From: Steroidobacteraceae bacterium
Lineage (GTDB): Bacteria; Pseudomonadota; Gammaproteobacteria; Steroidobacterales; Steroidobacteraceae
Direction of reading: 5' to 3'
NCBI GenBank assembly: GCA_035997505.1
Contig: DASYIN010000011.1
Span: forward strand, 14,770 to 78,769
DNA: 64,000 bases
The translations under genes were made by a program, and so were the position numbers. The notes below the pieces were generated by a model. That model did not search any database and was not told the DNA's origin. It was given only the letters and a program-made list of their open reading frames with translations. Shown in pieces: positions 48,037-57,870 of the stretch (its first letter is position 1; every line of letters starts with the position of its first letter).

Positions 48037-49524
48037 ATGAATTGGCGCATCAAACCGCTTGACGCAATTTTGGCGAGTGCCGAGAAGAGATCCCTGACTC
48101 GCACGCTGGGCGCTTTCCAGCTCATGATGCTCGGGGTGGGCGCCATCATCGGCACCGGCATTTTCGTGTTGACCGCCGAGGCCGCGCAAAAAGCAGGCCC
48201 GGGAATGATGGCCTCATTCGTCATTGCGGGATTCGTGTGCGCGGTGACCGCGCTGTGCTACGCCGAACTGGCGGCCATGGTGCCGGTGTCCGGCTCCGCT
48301 TACACCTACTCTTATGCGGTCTTGGGCGAATTGATCGCCTGGATCGTGGGCTGGGCGCTCATCCTGGAATACACCATCGCGGCCAGCGCCGTGTCGGTGG
48401 GATGGTCGAATTACTTCGTGCCCCTGATAGCGCATAGCTTCGACATTCATATCCCGTTGTATCTGTCCAAGGGCTATTTCGCCGGCGGCTTCATCAATGT
48501 GCCGGCGGTGTTCATTGCTGCGCTGGTTACGACCCTGCTTGCACTTGGAACGCGCGAAAGCGCCACGGTGAACGCGGTATTGGTCTGCATCAAAGTGGCG
48601 GCCCTGATCCTGTTCTGCGCGCTGGCGCTGCCTGTCGTCAAAATGTCCAACTTCGAACCCTTTGCGCCGTTGGGTGCGCTCGGCGTCGGCGGTGCGGCTG
48701 CCTCGATCTTTTTCGCCTATGTCGGCTTCGATGCCGTATCGACCGCCGCGGAAGAGACGAAAAACCCGCAGCGCAATATGCCGATCGGGCTCATCGGCAG
48801 TTTGTTGATTTGCACGATTTTCTACCTCCTGGTCGCCAGCGGCGCGATCGGCTCCATCGGTGCGCAACCCGTGTTGGATGCGGCGGGGCACGGCCTCAGT
48901 CCGGGGGGTCCGGAGATGCTGCACGCGTGCATGGACCCGGCCAAGCTCTCATCGTTGGTCTGCAGCGATGAACCGCTGGCGCACGTGCTGCGGGAAATCG
49001 GCTGGCCCAGGGTGTCGCGGCTCATCGGCCTTGCCGCGTTTCTGGCGCTGCCTTCGGTCATTTTGATGATGATGTTTGGCCAGACGCGCGTCTTCTTCAG
49101 CATGGCCCGCGATCGTTTGTTGCCGGACGTTCTGACCAGCATTCATCCTCGCTTCAAGACGCCTCATGTAGTGACGATGATCACGGGAAGCGTGGTGATG
49201 TGCGCGGCGGCTTTCTTCCCAGTAGGCAACCTGGCCGATCTTTCCAATGGCGGCACCTTGGCCGCGTTTTTCTCGGTGGCGATGGGTGTCATGATCCTGC
49301 GGCGTACGGCAAAAGATCGAAAGCGGCCGTTTCGCACCCCTGCGATCTGGCTGGTGGGACCGCTCGCCCTTATCGGTTGCCTCGCGCTGTTCCTGCTGTT
49401 GCCGTTCTTCACCATCATGGTGTTCTTCGGCTGGGCAGCGGTGGGGTTGGTGGTGTACGCCACCTATGGCCGCAAGCGCAGCACCTTGAGCGGGACCTAC
49501 GTCGAGCCCCCTGACGCGAAGTGA
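48037..49524 (+). CDS. APC-superfamily amino acid permease
   Basis: 495 aa, 12-14 TM helices, GAIIGTGIFVL signature. Confidence 0.88.
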   Translation: MNWRIKPLDAILASAEKRSLTRTLGAFQLMMLGVGAIIGTGIFVLTAEAAQKAGPGMMASFVIAGFVCAVTALCYAELAAMVPVSGSAYTYSYAVLGELIAWIVGWALILEYTIAASAVSVGWSNYFVPLIAHSFDIHIPLYLSKGYFAGGFINVPAVFIAALVTTLLALGTRESATVNAVLVCIKVAALILFCALALPVVKMSNFEPFAPLGALGVGGAAASIFFAYVGFDAVSTAAEETKNPQRNMPIGLIGSLLICTIFYLLVASGAIGSIGAQPVLDAAGHGLSPGGPEMLHACMDPAKLSSLVCSDEPLAHVLREIGWPRVSRLIGLAAFLALPSVILMMMFGQTRVFFSMARDRLLPDVLTSIHPRFKTPHVVTMITGSVVMCAAAFFPVGNLADLSNGGTLAAFFSVAMGVMILRRTAKDRKRPFRTPAIWLVGPLALIGCLALFLLLPFFTIMVFFGWAAVGLVVYATYGRKRSTLSGTYVEPPDAK

Positions 49525-49530
49525 CTTAAG

Positions 49531-50325
49531 TCAGATTCGAAGTGATTCCGGCGCCAGGGGTCCGATGACATCGAGCAGCGCCTGGTAAACCTTGGGGTTG
49601 CCGGCGACGATGTTGGATCCGAGCGTGTATTCGGAGCCGGTGGGCGTTCCCACACGTCCGCCGGCTTCCTGGATCAGCAGCGTGCCCGCCGCGGTGTCCC
49701 ACGGCGAGAGTCCGAACTCCCAGAAGCCATCGATTCTTCCCGCCGCCACGTAGGCCAGATCCAACGCCGCCGCGCCCGGGCGGCGGATGCCCGCAGCCGT
49801 CGACATGACGACTTTGAGCATGGCCAGATATTCATCGAGATGGGCGCCCGCGCGGAACGGAAATCCGGTGCCGATGAGAGAGCCTTCCAGGGTGCGCTGG
49901 CTGCTGACGCGGATCTTCTTGCCCTCGAGTTGCGCGCCGTCGCCGCGCGAGGCGGTGAAAAATTCCTGGCGCATCGGATCGTAGACGACACCGTGCTCGA
50001 GGCGGCCCTTGTGCTGAAGTGCGATGGAGACGGCGAAAGTGGGAAAGCCGTGCAGAAAATTGGTGGTGCCATCGAGCGGATCGATGATCCAGACGAACTC
50101 ACCCTCACCGCTGCGGCCCGACTCTTCGGCCAGGATGGCGTGCTGTGGATAGCTGCGGTGGATGGTGGCGATGATGTCCGCCTCGGCCTTGCGGTCGATG
50201 TCGGTGACGAAATCATTGCGCCCTTTGCTGTCGATTTTCAGTGAATCGAGGCGCGACAGGCTTTTGACGATTAGATCGCCGGCGCGGCGCGCGGCGCGCA
50301 TTGCGATATTGAGGAGCGGTTGCAT
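49531..50325 (-). CDS. suhB: inositol-1-monophosphatase family protein
   Basis: WIIDPLDGTTNF and WDTAAG motifs. Divergent from trmJ, as in enterobacteria. Confidence 0.92.
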   Translation of the reverse strand: MQPLLNIAMRAARRAGDLIVKSLSRLDSLKIDSKGRNDFVTDIDRKAEADIIATIHRSYPQHAILAEESGRSGEGEFVWIIDPLDGTTNFLHGFPTFAVSIALQHKGRLEHGVVYDPMRQEFFTASRGDGAQLEGKKIRVSSQRTLEGSLIGTGFPFRAGAHLDEYLAMLKVVMSTAAGIRRPGAAALDLAYVAAGRIDGFWEFGLSPWDTAAGTLLIQEAGGRVGTPTGSEYTLGSNIVAGNPKVYQALLDVIGPLAPESLRI

Positions 50326-50348
50326 AGGGTGGCGCTAGAATATCACCT

Positions 50349-51080
50349 GTGACAAGCCTCGTTCGCATTGTACTCATCGACCCCAGCCATCCGGGCAACA
50401 TCGGTTCGGTGGCGCGCGCCATGAAAAACATGGCGCTTACCGATCTCGTGCTGGTGCGGCCGCGCTCGTTTCCGCATGCGGAAGCCGTTGCATTGGCGGC
50501 GGGCGCGGACGACATTTTGAGCAACGCGCGAATTGTTGACAGCGTCGCTGAAGCCATCGGCGACTGCGCATTCATCGCGGGTACGACGTCCAGGCCCCGC
50601 TCCTATTACTGGGAGTTCACGACGCCGCGCGATGTGGCCGGCCGCATCGTCGCACTGCCGGAAGCCAATCGCGCGGCCCTGCTGTTTGGCTCGGAGCGCT
50701 ACGGATTGGCAACGGAGGATCTGAATCACTGCAATGTACTGGTGCGCATCCCCGCCAATCCCGACTATTGCTCGTTGAACCTGGCGATGTCGGTACAGCT
50801 CGCGGCATACGAGATCTTTCTGGCGCGCGAGCAACCTGTGTCGCACACGCAATTGGAAATGGAGCTCGCCCCGTCGGGCGACGTCGAGCACTTTTACGCC
50901 CATCTGCACGAAGTGCTCAATGAAATCGATTTCGACGACCGGACCGGGCACTTGATGGAGCGATTGCGGCGCTTGTTCAACCGCGCGCAGCTGGACCGCA
51001 ATGAGCTCAATATCCTGCGTGGAATCTTGAGCGCGGTGCAGGGCCGGCGCGGACAATCCGCGCGGCGCTCGCGCAAATGA
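50349..51080 (+). CDS. trmJ: tRNA (cytidine/uridine-2'-O-)-methyltransferase TrmJ
   Basis: The GTG start opens a SpoU/TrmH fold, with IVLIDPSHPGNIGSVARAMKNM and LLFGSERYGL motifs. It sits upstream of iscS. Confidence 0.88.
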   Translation: MTSLVRIVLIDPSHPGNIGSVARAMKNMALTDLVLVRPRSFPHAEAVALAAGADDILSNARIVDSVAEAIGDCAFIAGTTSRPRSYYWEFTTPRDVAGRIVALPEANRAALLFGSERYGLATEDLNHCNVLVRIPANPDYCSLNLAMSVQLAAYEIFLAREQPVSHTQLEMELAPSGDVEHFYAHLHEVLNEIDFDDRTGHLMERLRRLFNRAQLDRNELNILRGILSAVQGRRGQSARRSRK

Positions 51081-52306
51081 ATTCGTCAAACCTGAACCCG
51101 GCGCAGCTGAATGCAGCGCAGATGCCGGTGTACCTGGATCATGCCTCGACCACGCCTGTCGATGTGCGTGTGGCCGCGCGCATGGCCGAGGTGCTGCGGT
51201 CCGAATCCGAGTACGGCAATCCGGCCTCGACCAGCCACGGCTACGGTGATGTCGCCGGCGCTCTGGTGGAAACCGCACGCGGGCAGGTGGCCGTGGCCGT
51301 GGGTGCCGATTCCGCCGAGGTCATTTGGACATCGGGCGCCACTGAAGCGAATAACCTGGCGATTTTTGGCGTCGCGCAGTACTACCGCGAGCGCGGCCGC
51401 CATATCGTCACGGCGCGCACCGAGCACAAGGCCGTCCTTGACCCCTGCCGCGAACTCGAGCACCGGGGCTGGGAGGTTACTTACCTGGTTCCCGACCCGG
51501 AAGGCGTGCTGAATCCAGAGCAAGTGGCCGCGGCGCTGCGGCCGGACACCGTGCTGGTGTCCCTGATGCACGTCAACAACGAAATCGGCGTGGTGCAAAA
51601 TATTGCGGCCGTCGGTGCGATTTGCACCGCGCACGGCGGCGCATGGCTGCATGTCGATGCGGCGCAAAGCGTCGGCAAGTGCCCCATCGATTTTCCCAGC
51701 CTGGGGGCCGACCTCATGTCCCTCTCGGCGCACAAGGCATATGGGCCGAAGGGCGTGGGTGCGCTCGTCGTCGCGCAGCGAGGCGAAACGCGCGGTCGAG
51801 GCCGCGTGCAACTCACCGCGCTGCAATTCGGCGGCGGTCAGGAGCGTGCGCTGCGGGCGGGAACGCTGGCGACGCACCAAGCCGTGGGCATGGGTCTGGC
51901 ATTCGAGCTGGCCATGCGCATCTCGTCGGTGGAAACGGTGCGCGTGGCACATCTACAGCAGCGATTGTGGCAGGGGCTGGCCGCCCTCGGGGGAGTGCGG
52001 CGCAACGGCAGTGCCACGCGCTCGGTGCCGCACCTGCTGAACGTGTCCTTCGAGGGAGTTGAAGGGGAGAGCCTGCTGGCGGCAATACGCCCGTTGGTGG
52101 CGGTGTCGACCGGATCGGCCTGCACCTCGACGCTGGCCGAGCCCTCGTATGTGTTGCGTGCCCTGGGCCGCAGCGAGCAATTGAGCGAAAGCAGCCTGCG
52201 GTTCGGATTGGGCCGCAGCACCACCGAAGCGGACATCGATGTGGCAGTCGCGGTCTTGACGCGCGAGGTCACCCGCCTGCGCAGGATTGCCGGGCCGCCC
52301 AAGTGA
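51077..52306 (+). CDS. iscS: cysteine desulfurase (IscS/NifS class I)
   Basis: ATGA overlap with trmJ. PLP lysine SAHKAYGPKG. Active-site loop GSACTSTLAEPSYVLRALG. Confidence 0.9.
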   Translation: MNSSNLNPAQLNAAQMPVYLDHASTTPVDVRVAARMAEVLRSESEYGNPASTSHGYGDVAGALVETARGQVAVAVGADSAEVIWTSGATEANNLAIFGVAQYYRERGRHIVTARTEHKAVLDPCRELEHRGWEVTYLVPDPEGVLNPEQVAAALRPDTVLVSLMHVNNEIGVVQNIAAVGAICTAHGGAWLHVDAAQSVGKCPIDFPSLGADLMSLSAHKAYGPKGVGALVVAQRGETRGRGRVQLTALQFGGGQERALRAGTLATHQAVGMGLAFELAMRISSVETVRVAHLQQRLWQGLAALGGVRRNGSATRSVPHLLNVSFEGVEGESLLAAIRPLVAVSTGSACTSTLAEPSYVLRALGRSEQLSESSLRFGLGRSTTEADIDVAVAVLTREVTRLRRIAGPPK

Positions 52307-52674
52307 ATTACAACGAATTGACGCACCGATACTTTACGACCGCGGCGAGCGCCGGTGAGTTGACCGGCCCTGGTGTTTTTCGCGGCGCGGCAGGAAATCG
52401 GGAGCAGGGTACCTGGGTGCAGTTTGATCTGCAGATTCACGCGGGAGCGGTGGCCGCGGCACGGTTCCTGGCCTTTGCCTGCCCGCATACCGTTGCCGTG
52501 TCCGCGTGGCTGGCTGAGCAGGCCGTCGGCAAACCGTTAGGGCGCAGCCTTCCCGAGAGCGTGCAGGCGCTGCAGGTGCGGTTTGCGGTGCCCGTCGAAA
52601 AGACCGGCCGCCTGCTGATCATTGAAGATGCGTGGCTCGCCGCGGCCGTTCCCGCCATTGATTATCGCGGCTGA
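52303..52674 (+). CDS. IscU/NifU-N-like protein with degenerate cluster ligands
   Basis: GTGA overlap with iscS. By eye it aligns along its whole length to IscU (ARFLAFACPHTVAVSAWL vs ARFKTYGCGSAIASSSLV; LLIIEDAWLAA vs SILAEDAIKAA). Only the middle Cys is retained. Confidence 0.7.
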   Translation: MNYNELTHRYFTTAASAGELTGPGVFRGAAGNREQGTWVQFDLQIHAGAVAAARFLAFACPHTVAVSAWLAEQAVGKPLGRSLPESVQALQVRFAVPVEKTGRLLIIEDAWLAAAVPAIDYRG

Positions 52675-52816
52675 CGCACCCATATCGCTCATATGAGTCG
52701 CGCGTATCGAGGGTGAACGAGGATTAATAAAAAACGCGCTTTGGTTCCGTGCGGGCAGGGCACGGTCGTGTTATCTATGGTGTCCTCAGGCGTATTTTTG
52801 TGAGGTACAGCGCAGC

Positions 52817-53140
52817 ATGGCGATACTACTGACCGAATCGGCGGCCGATCGGGTAAGGATTCACTTGGCGCAGCGCGGAATCGGCGTCGGTTTGCGAGTT
52901 GGAATCAAGAAAACAGGTTGTTCGGGTTTCGCCTACGTGGTGAATTACGCCGATGAAATCAATCCTGAGGACGCCGTATTCGAGGCGCGGGGCGTCAAAG
53001 TGGTGGTCGATCCTCAAAGCCTGCCTCTGATCGATGGCACCCTGGTGGATTTCGTCAAGCAAGGCCTCAACGAGGCATTTAAGTTTCAAAACCCCAAAGC
53101 CAAGGGTGAATGCGGTTGCGGCGAGAGCTTCAACGTTTAA
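52817..53140 (+). CDS. erpA: A-type iron-sulfur cluster carrier (ErpA/IscA family)
   Basis: 107 aa, GCSGF and C-terminal CGCGESF motifs. Confidence 0.9.
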   Translation: MAILLTESAADRVRIHLAQRGIGVGLRVGIKKTGCSGFAYVVNYADEINPEDAVFEARGVKVVVDPQSLPLIDGTLVDFVKQGLNEAFKFQNPKAKGECGCGESFNV

Positions 53141-53275
53141 ACGCTCCTTTTTCCAAGTAATACAGGGACTTCGGTCCTCGTCATGATTGCTTGAGCAGCC
53201 CCGCTCCAGTACACTTCGCGGTCTTTGTCAGCCTTGGGCCCAAGGCTGACGTAACGTCCATTCAGCGAGGTTGTG

Positions 53276-53710
53276 ATGTCCATCGAGCGAACCCTATCCA
53301 TCGTGAAGCCAGACGGCGTCGGCCGTAATCTGATCGGCGAGGTCTACCGCCGTTTTGAGCAGGTGGGTTTGCAAATCGTGGGCGCCCGCATGATGCGATT
53401 GTCCCAGGCTGAGGCGGAGGGCTTTTACGCCGTGCACCGTGAGCGTCCGTTCTTCAAGGATCTGGTGCGCTTCATGACCTCCGGACCCGTCATGGTCCAG
53501 GTGTTGGAGGGCGAAAGCGCCATCGCCAAGAATCGCGAAGTCATGGGCGCAACCGATCCGAAGAAAGCGAGCAAGGGAACCATTCGCGCGGATCTGGCGA
53601 CCAGCATCGATGAGAACATCGTTCACGGCTCCGATGCCGCCGATACCGCCGCGCGCGAAATCAACTACTTCTTCCGGGAAATTGAGATCTGCCCGCGTAC
53701 GCTAGCGTAG
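53276..53710 (+). CDS. ndk: nucleoside diphosphate kinase
   Basis: [13 protein letters not shown]..., active-site NIVHGSD. Confidence 0.95.
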   Translation: MSIERTLSIVKPDGVGRNLIGEVYRRFEQVGLQIVGARMMRLSQAEAEGFYAVHRERPFFKDLVRFMTSGPVMVQVLEGESAIAKNREVMGATDPKKASKGTIRADLATSIDENIVHGSDAADTAAREINYFFREIEICPRTLA

Positions 53711-53732
53711 CGGCGATCAAGGGGGCTTTTGA

Positions 53733-54866
53733 GTGTCGAGCGAACGCGTGAATCTGCTGGGGCTTCCCCGCGCGCAGCTCGAGACGTTCGTTGCGGCGCG
53801 TCTCGGCGCGAAGCCGTTTCGCGCCCGGCAGCTCATGAAGTGGATCTATCGGCGCGGCGCCGCGGACTTCTCGAGCATGACGGATCTCGCGCAAGAGTTC
53901 CGCGCGCAGCTTGCCGAGATTGCGGAGATTACCGTTCCGGAAATCGTGACCGAACAGGTTTCCAAGGACGGCACCCGCAAGTGGATGCTCCGCATGGACC
54001 AGGTACAGGGCATCGAAACCGTCTATATCCCCGAGCCGAACCGGGGCACCTTGTGCATTTCGAGCCAGGTGGGCTGCGCGATGGACTGCACGTTCTGCTC
54101 AACCGCGCAGCAGGGCTTCAACCGAAATTTGAGCGCGGCGGAAATCGTCGGCCAGGTATGGCTGGCGCAGCGCGAGCTGGCGGCACAAAGCGGTGCGGCG
54201 GTGGGCGAGGGCGACCGCAAGATCACCAATGTCGTATTCATGGGCATGGGCGAACCGCTTGCCAACTACCGCAACGTGCTGCCGGCCATGCGCATCTTCC
54301 TCGATGATTTGGGCTACGATCTGTCGCGGCGCCGGGTGACATTGAGCACGTCCGGTCTGGTGCCGCAAATTTATAAGTTGGCGGAGGAATGCAACGTCGC
54401 ACTGGCGGTTTCCTTGCACGCGCCGAACGATGAGCTGCGCAACGAATTGGTGCCCATCAACCGCAAACATCCGATCGCCGAACTGCTCGAGGCCTGCTGG
54501 CACTACATCGATCAGCAGAACGGCCGCAGCATCACGTTCGAATACGTCATGCTCGATGGCGTGAACGACAAGCCGGAACATGCGCGCGAGCTCGCGCGCC
54601 TGATGCAAGGGCGCCCGGCCAAGCTCAACCTCATTCCTTTCAACGTCTTTCCGGGCACGCGCTATCGCCGCTCCCCTGCCGCGACCATTCTGAAATTCCG
54701 CGACATCCTGAATGATCACGGCGTGATCGCGACCACGCGCAAGACACGCGGCGACGACATCGATGCCGCGTGCGGGCAATTGGCGGGCAAGGTCAGGGAT
54801 CGCACGCTGGTGCGGCTCGGAACGAAACTCTCAACAGTGTCGCGCACCCCGGCGGAAATTCAATGA
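53733..54866 (+). CDS. rlmN: 23S rRNA/tRNA adenine-C2 methyltransferase RlmN (radical SAM)
   Basis: CAMDCTFC (CxxxCxxC), GMGEPL, and C-terminal DIDAACGQL. Confidence 0.95.
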   Translation: MSSERVNLLGLPRAQLETFVAARLGAKPFRARQLMKWIYRRGAADFSSMTDLAQEFRAQLAEIAEITVPEIVTEQVSKDGTRKWMLRMDQVQGIETVYIPEPNRGTLCISSQVGCAMDCTFCSTAQQGFNRNLSAAEIVGQVWLAQRELAAQSGAAVGEGDRKITNVVFMGMGEPLANYRNVLPAMRIFLDDLGYDLSRRRVTLSTSGLVPQIYKLAEECNVALAVSLHAPNDELRNELVPINRKHPIAELLEACWHYIDQQNGRSITFEYVMLDGVNDKPEHARELARLMQGRPAKLNLIPFNVFPGTRYRRSPAATILKFRDILNDHGVIATTRKTRGDDIDAACGQLAGKVRDRTLVRLGTKLSTVSRTPAEIQ

Positions 54867-55651
54867 TGCTGAATTCTAGAAAACTTCACGCCCTGGCGGC
54901 TCTGTTCGCTGCGGGTATTCTCACAGCCTGCAGCCACAATCCTCCGGCCTACCAACAGCCGGTTCGGACCTATAAGAAGCAACCGGCCCAAGCCGCGGTC
55001 GCGAACATGCAGCTGGCCATTGAGTACATGAAGCTGGGCCAGCTTGCCAATGCACGCGATTGCATCGAGCGGGCTTTGACGCAAAACGCGTCCAATCCCG
55101 ATGTTCAATCCACGGCCGGACTGGTGTTCGAACGGCTGAATGAGATGGGCAAGGCGGAGCGGGCGTACGAGACCGCGGCCCGTCTGAGCAAGAATGATCC
55201 GAGAATCGCCAACAGCTACGCCGGATTTCTGTGCCGCACGGGCAAGACCGCCGCCGGCGAGAAAATGTTCAACGAAGTGGCGCGCAATCCGCTGTACCCG
55301 ACACCCGCCGTCGCGTTGGTCAATGCGGGAGTTTGCGTGCGCGGCGCCGGCAATCTGGTCGACGCCGACCGCTATTTCACGCGTGCGTTGGCAATCCGGC
55401 CCAACATGCCCGAGGCTCTCCTGCAACAGGGCAATGTCGCATTCGACCGCGGCGATGCCGAGCAGGCGCGCGACATCGTGCAGCGCTATCTGGCGGTGAA
55501 TCCGCCCACCCCTGAGATTCTATGGCTGGGGTTCCGGGCGCAGCGCAAATTAGGCGATCCGGTGGCTGCGGCGATTTATGCGCGGCGCGTGCAAGCGGAA
55601 TTTCCGAATTCCGAACAGGCACAGAACATGCGCAATGGCGTTGATCGATGA
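54863..55651 (+). CDS. pilW: type IV pilus biogenesis/stability lipoprotein PilW (TPR)
   Basis: ATGA overlap with rlmN. Lipobox GILTAC, TPR repeats. Conserved position between rlmN and rodZ. Confidence 0.8.
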   Translation: MMLNSRKLHALAALFAAGILTACSHNPPAYQQPVRTYKKQPAQAAVANMQLAIEYMKLGQLANARDCIERALTQNASNPDVQSTAGLVFERLNEMGKAERAYETAARLSKNDPRIANSYAGFLCRTGKTAAGEKMFNEVARNPLYPTPAVALVNAGVCVRGAGNLVDADRYFTRALAIRPNMPEALLQQGNVAFDRGDAEQARDIVQRYLAVNPPTPEILWLGFRAQRKLGDPVAAAIYARRVQAEFPNSEQAQNMRNGVDR

Positions 55652-56559
55652 ATGAAACCGCGGCCCTGCCGGGATCCAAGCTCAAAGCCGAGCGCGAGCG
55701 GCGCGGCTTGAGCGCGCAGAAGGCTGCCGATGAAATGCACCTGGATCGATGGGTCATCGAGGCGCTCGAGGGCGACGATTACGCGCGCATCGGCCCGACG
55801 GTCTACGCCAAGGGTCACCTGAAAAAATATGCGGCGCTGCTGGGTCTGCCGTCCGCGGAAGTGCTGGCGGGCTTCGATGCGCGCGTGCAACCGCGGCTCG
55901 AGCCGCAGTCGGCCGGTCCGAGCATGTTGCTTCGATCGCGAGACGACGAGTCCTCATCGGGTAGATCATCGCTGGTCGCAATTGCCGCCGGTGCGGCGGT
56001 GGTGGTGGTTGCCGGGCTGCTGTGGTGGCGGCCGTGGCACGCGCACGTAAAGGTGCCGAGCAGCGTCGCGCCCGCACCTGCCGCTGCGGCGCCACCGGCT
56101 GCCAATCCGGGGTCGGGCCTCGTCTCCTCGGCTTCCGCTTCACCCGCCATGGCCCAGGACACGCCCGTGCCGCCCGCCGCTGCACCGGCTGCGGCCACGA
56201 TTCCCGAAGAGGCACCGGCACAGCCGCCGCCCGGCGCCGGCCGAGCTCGCTTAAGATTGAGCTTCTCGGCGGATTCATGGGTGGACATCCACGATGCTGC
56301 CGGACGGCGCACCTTTGCAGGCAACGGGCTTGCCAACAGCGTGAAGACCATTTCGGGAACGGCGCCGCTGCGCGTGTACTTGGGGTTCGGCAGCGGCGTG
56401 CAGCTGGAAATCAACGATCGCGCCGTCGCGATCGGTCCGCAATTTTTTGCAGGGGACGTGGCGCGCTTCGAAGCCGGCGCGGACGGTGTCCTGCGGCGCG
56501 ATTCGCGCCCCGATCAATCGCACGGTGCGCCGCCGCGCGGCCCGCGCCCGCCCGGCTAG
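55648..56559 (+). CDS. rodZ: cytoskeleton protein RodZ
   Basis: The N-terminal HTH is LKAERERRGLSAQKAADEMHL. A single TM helix and a Pro/Ala-rich linker follow. The C-terminal DUF4115-like domain contains WVDIHDAAGR. Confidence 0.85.
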   Translation: MNETAALPGSKLKAERERRGLSAQKAADEMHLDRWVIEALEGDDYARIGPTVYAKGHLKKYAALLGLPSAEVLAGFDARVQPRLEPQSAGPSMLLRSRDDESSSGRSSLVAIAAGAAVVVVAGLLWWRPWHAHVKVPSSVAPAPAAAAPPAANPGSGLVSSASASPAMAQDTPVPPAAAPAAATIPEEAPAQPPPGAGRARLRLSFSADSWVDIHDAAGRRTFAGNGLANSVKTISGTAPLRVYLGFGSGVQLEINDRAVAIGPQFFAGDVARFEAGADGVLRRDSRPDQSHGAPPRGPRPPG

Positions 56560-56568
56560 AGGGGACTC

Positions 56569-57870
56569 GTGAGCAAGATCATCGAGCCCCTGCGTGGTGT
56601 GCATGACGTATTGCCCGCGCAAATCGCAGCCTGGCAGCATTTGGAGCGAGTCACGCGCCAAGTCTTCGCAAGTTACGGATACGAAGAATTCCGCGTTCCG
56701 GTGATCGAACAGACGCAGCTGTTCAAGCGCTCGATCGGCGATTTCACCGATATCGTCGAAAAGGAAATGTTCAGTTTCGTGGATCAGGGCGAGGATCACA
56801 TCACCCTGCGCCCCGAGGCGACCGCGGGCATCGTGCGCGCCGTGATTTCCAATGGGCTGCTGCGCGAGGGACGGTTGCGGGTGTGGTGCATGGGGCCGAT
56901 GTTCCGGCGCGAACGTCCGCAAGCCGGGCGATACCGGCAATTTCATCAAATCGACGCGGAGGCCTTCGGATTCGAAGGGCCGGATGTGGATGCCGAGATG
57001 ATTCTCTTGTCCGGGAGGCTCATGCGGCTTCTGGGACTGCGCGGCGTGAAGCTCGTGGTGAACTCGCTGGGCACGCCGGCCTCGCGCGCACAGTATCGCG
57101 AGAAGCTCACGGCCTATTTCAACGGGCATGTCGCCGCGCTCGACGAGGACAGCAAGCGGCGATTGACGGGCAATCCGCTCCGAATTCTCGACAGCAAGAA
57201 TCCGGACATGCGGAAAATCGTCGCCGGGGCACCGCTGTTGCTCGATTCGCTCGACGATGAGTCGCGCCGGCACTTCGAGTCGTTATGCGCGCAGTTGCGC
57301 AGTGCCGGCATCGAGTATCATGTCGAGCCCCATTTGGTGCGCGGAATGGATTACTACACACGCACGGTGTTCGAGTGGACCAGCGATGCGCTGGGTTCGC
57401 AAAGCGCGGTGTGTGCCGGCGGCCGCTATGACGGTCTGGTCGCCCAGCTGGGCGGCACCGAGACCCCCGCGGTGGGCTGGGCAATGGGCCAGGAGCGTAT
57501 CGTGATGCTCCTGCAGAAGCAGAATTTGGACCTGCTCAAGGCCCGGCCGCATATTTATCTGGTGCTGGTCGGGGAACAAGCCGAGATCCCCGGCTTCAAA
57601 TTGGCCGAGCGGCTGCGCGACGCATGGCCGGATTTGGGGGTGCAGATCAATTTGGGCGGCGGCAGCTTCAAGGCGCAATTCAAGCGAGCGGACAAGAGCG
57701 GCGCAGAGTTTGCGCTGGTTTTGGGGGATGACGAGGTCGCCCGGGGGGTCGTGGCCGTGAAGGCTCTACGCCGCGAGTCGGCGCAGGAAGATTGCCCCCT
57801 GGAACGAATCAGTGAACGTATCGGCAACTTACTTGGTCTCAAGGTGGGGAGTGGAAGCAGCAATGGCTGA
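56569..57870 (+). CDS. hisS: histidine--tRNA ligase
   Basis: GTG start. Class II motifs (FRRERPQAGRYRQFHQ, GGRYDGL); 433 aa. Confidence 0.95.
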   Translation: MSKIIEPLRGVHDVLPAQIAAWQHLERVTRQVFASYGYEEFRVPVIEQTQLFKRSIGDFTDIVEKEMFSFVDQGEDHITLRPEATAGIVRAVISNGLLREGRLRVWCMGPMFRRERPQAGRYRQFHQIDAEAFGFEGPDVDAEMILLSGRLMRLLGLRGVKLVVNSLGTPASRAQYREKLTAYFNGHVAALDEDSKRRLTGNPLRILDSKNPDMRKIVAGAPLLLDSLDDESRRHFESLCAQLRSAGIEYHVEPHLVRGMDYYTRTVFEWTSDALGSQSAVCAGGRYDGLVAQLGGTETPAVGWAMGQERIVMLLQKQNLDLLKARPHIYLVLVGEQAEIPGFKLAERLRDAWPDLGVQINLGGGSFKAQFKRADKSGAEFALVLGDDEVARGVVAVKALRRESAQEDCPLERISERIGNLLGLKVGSGSSNG

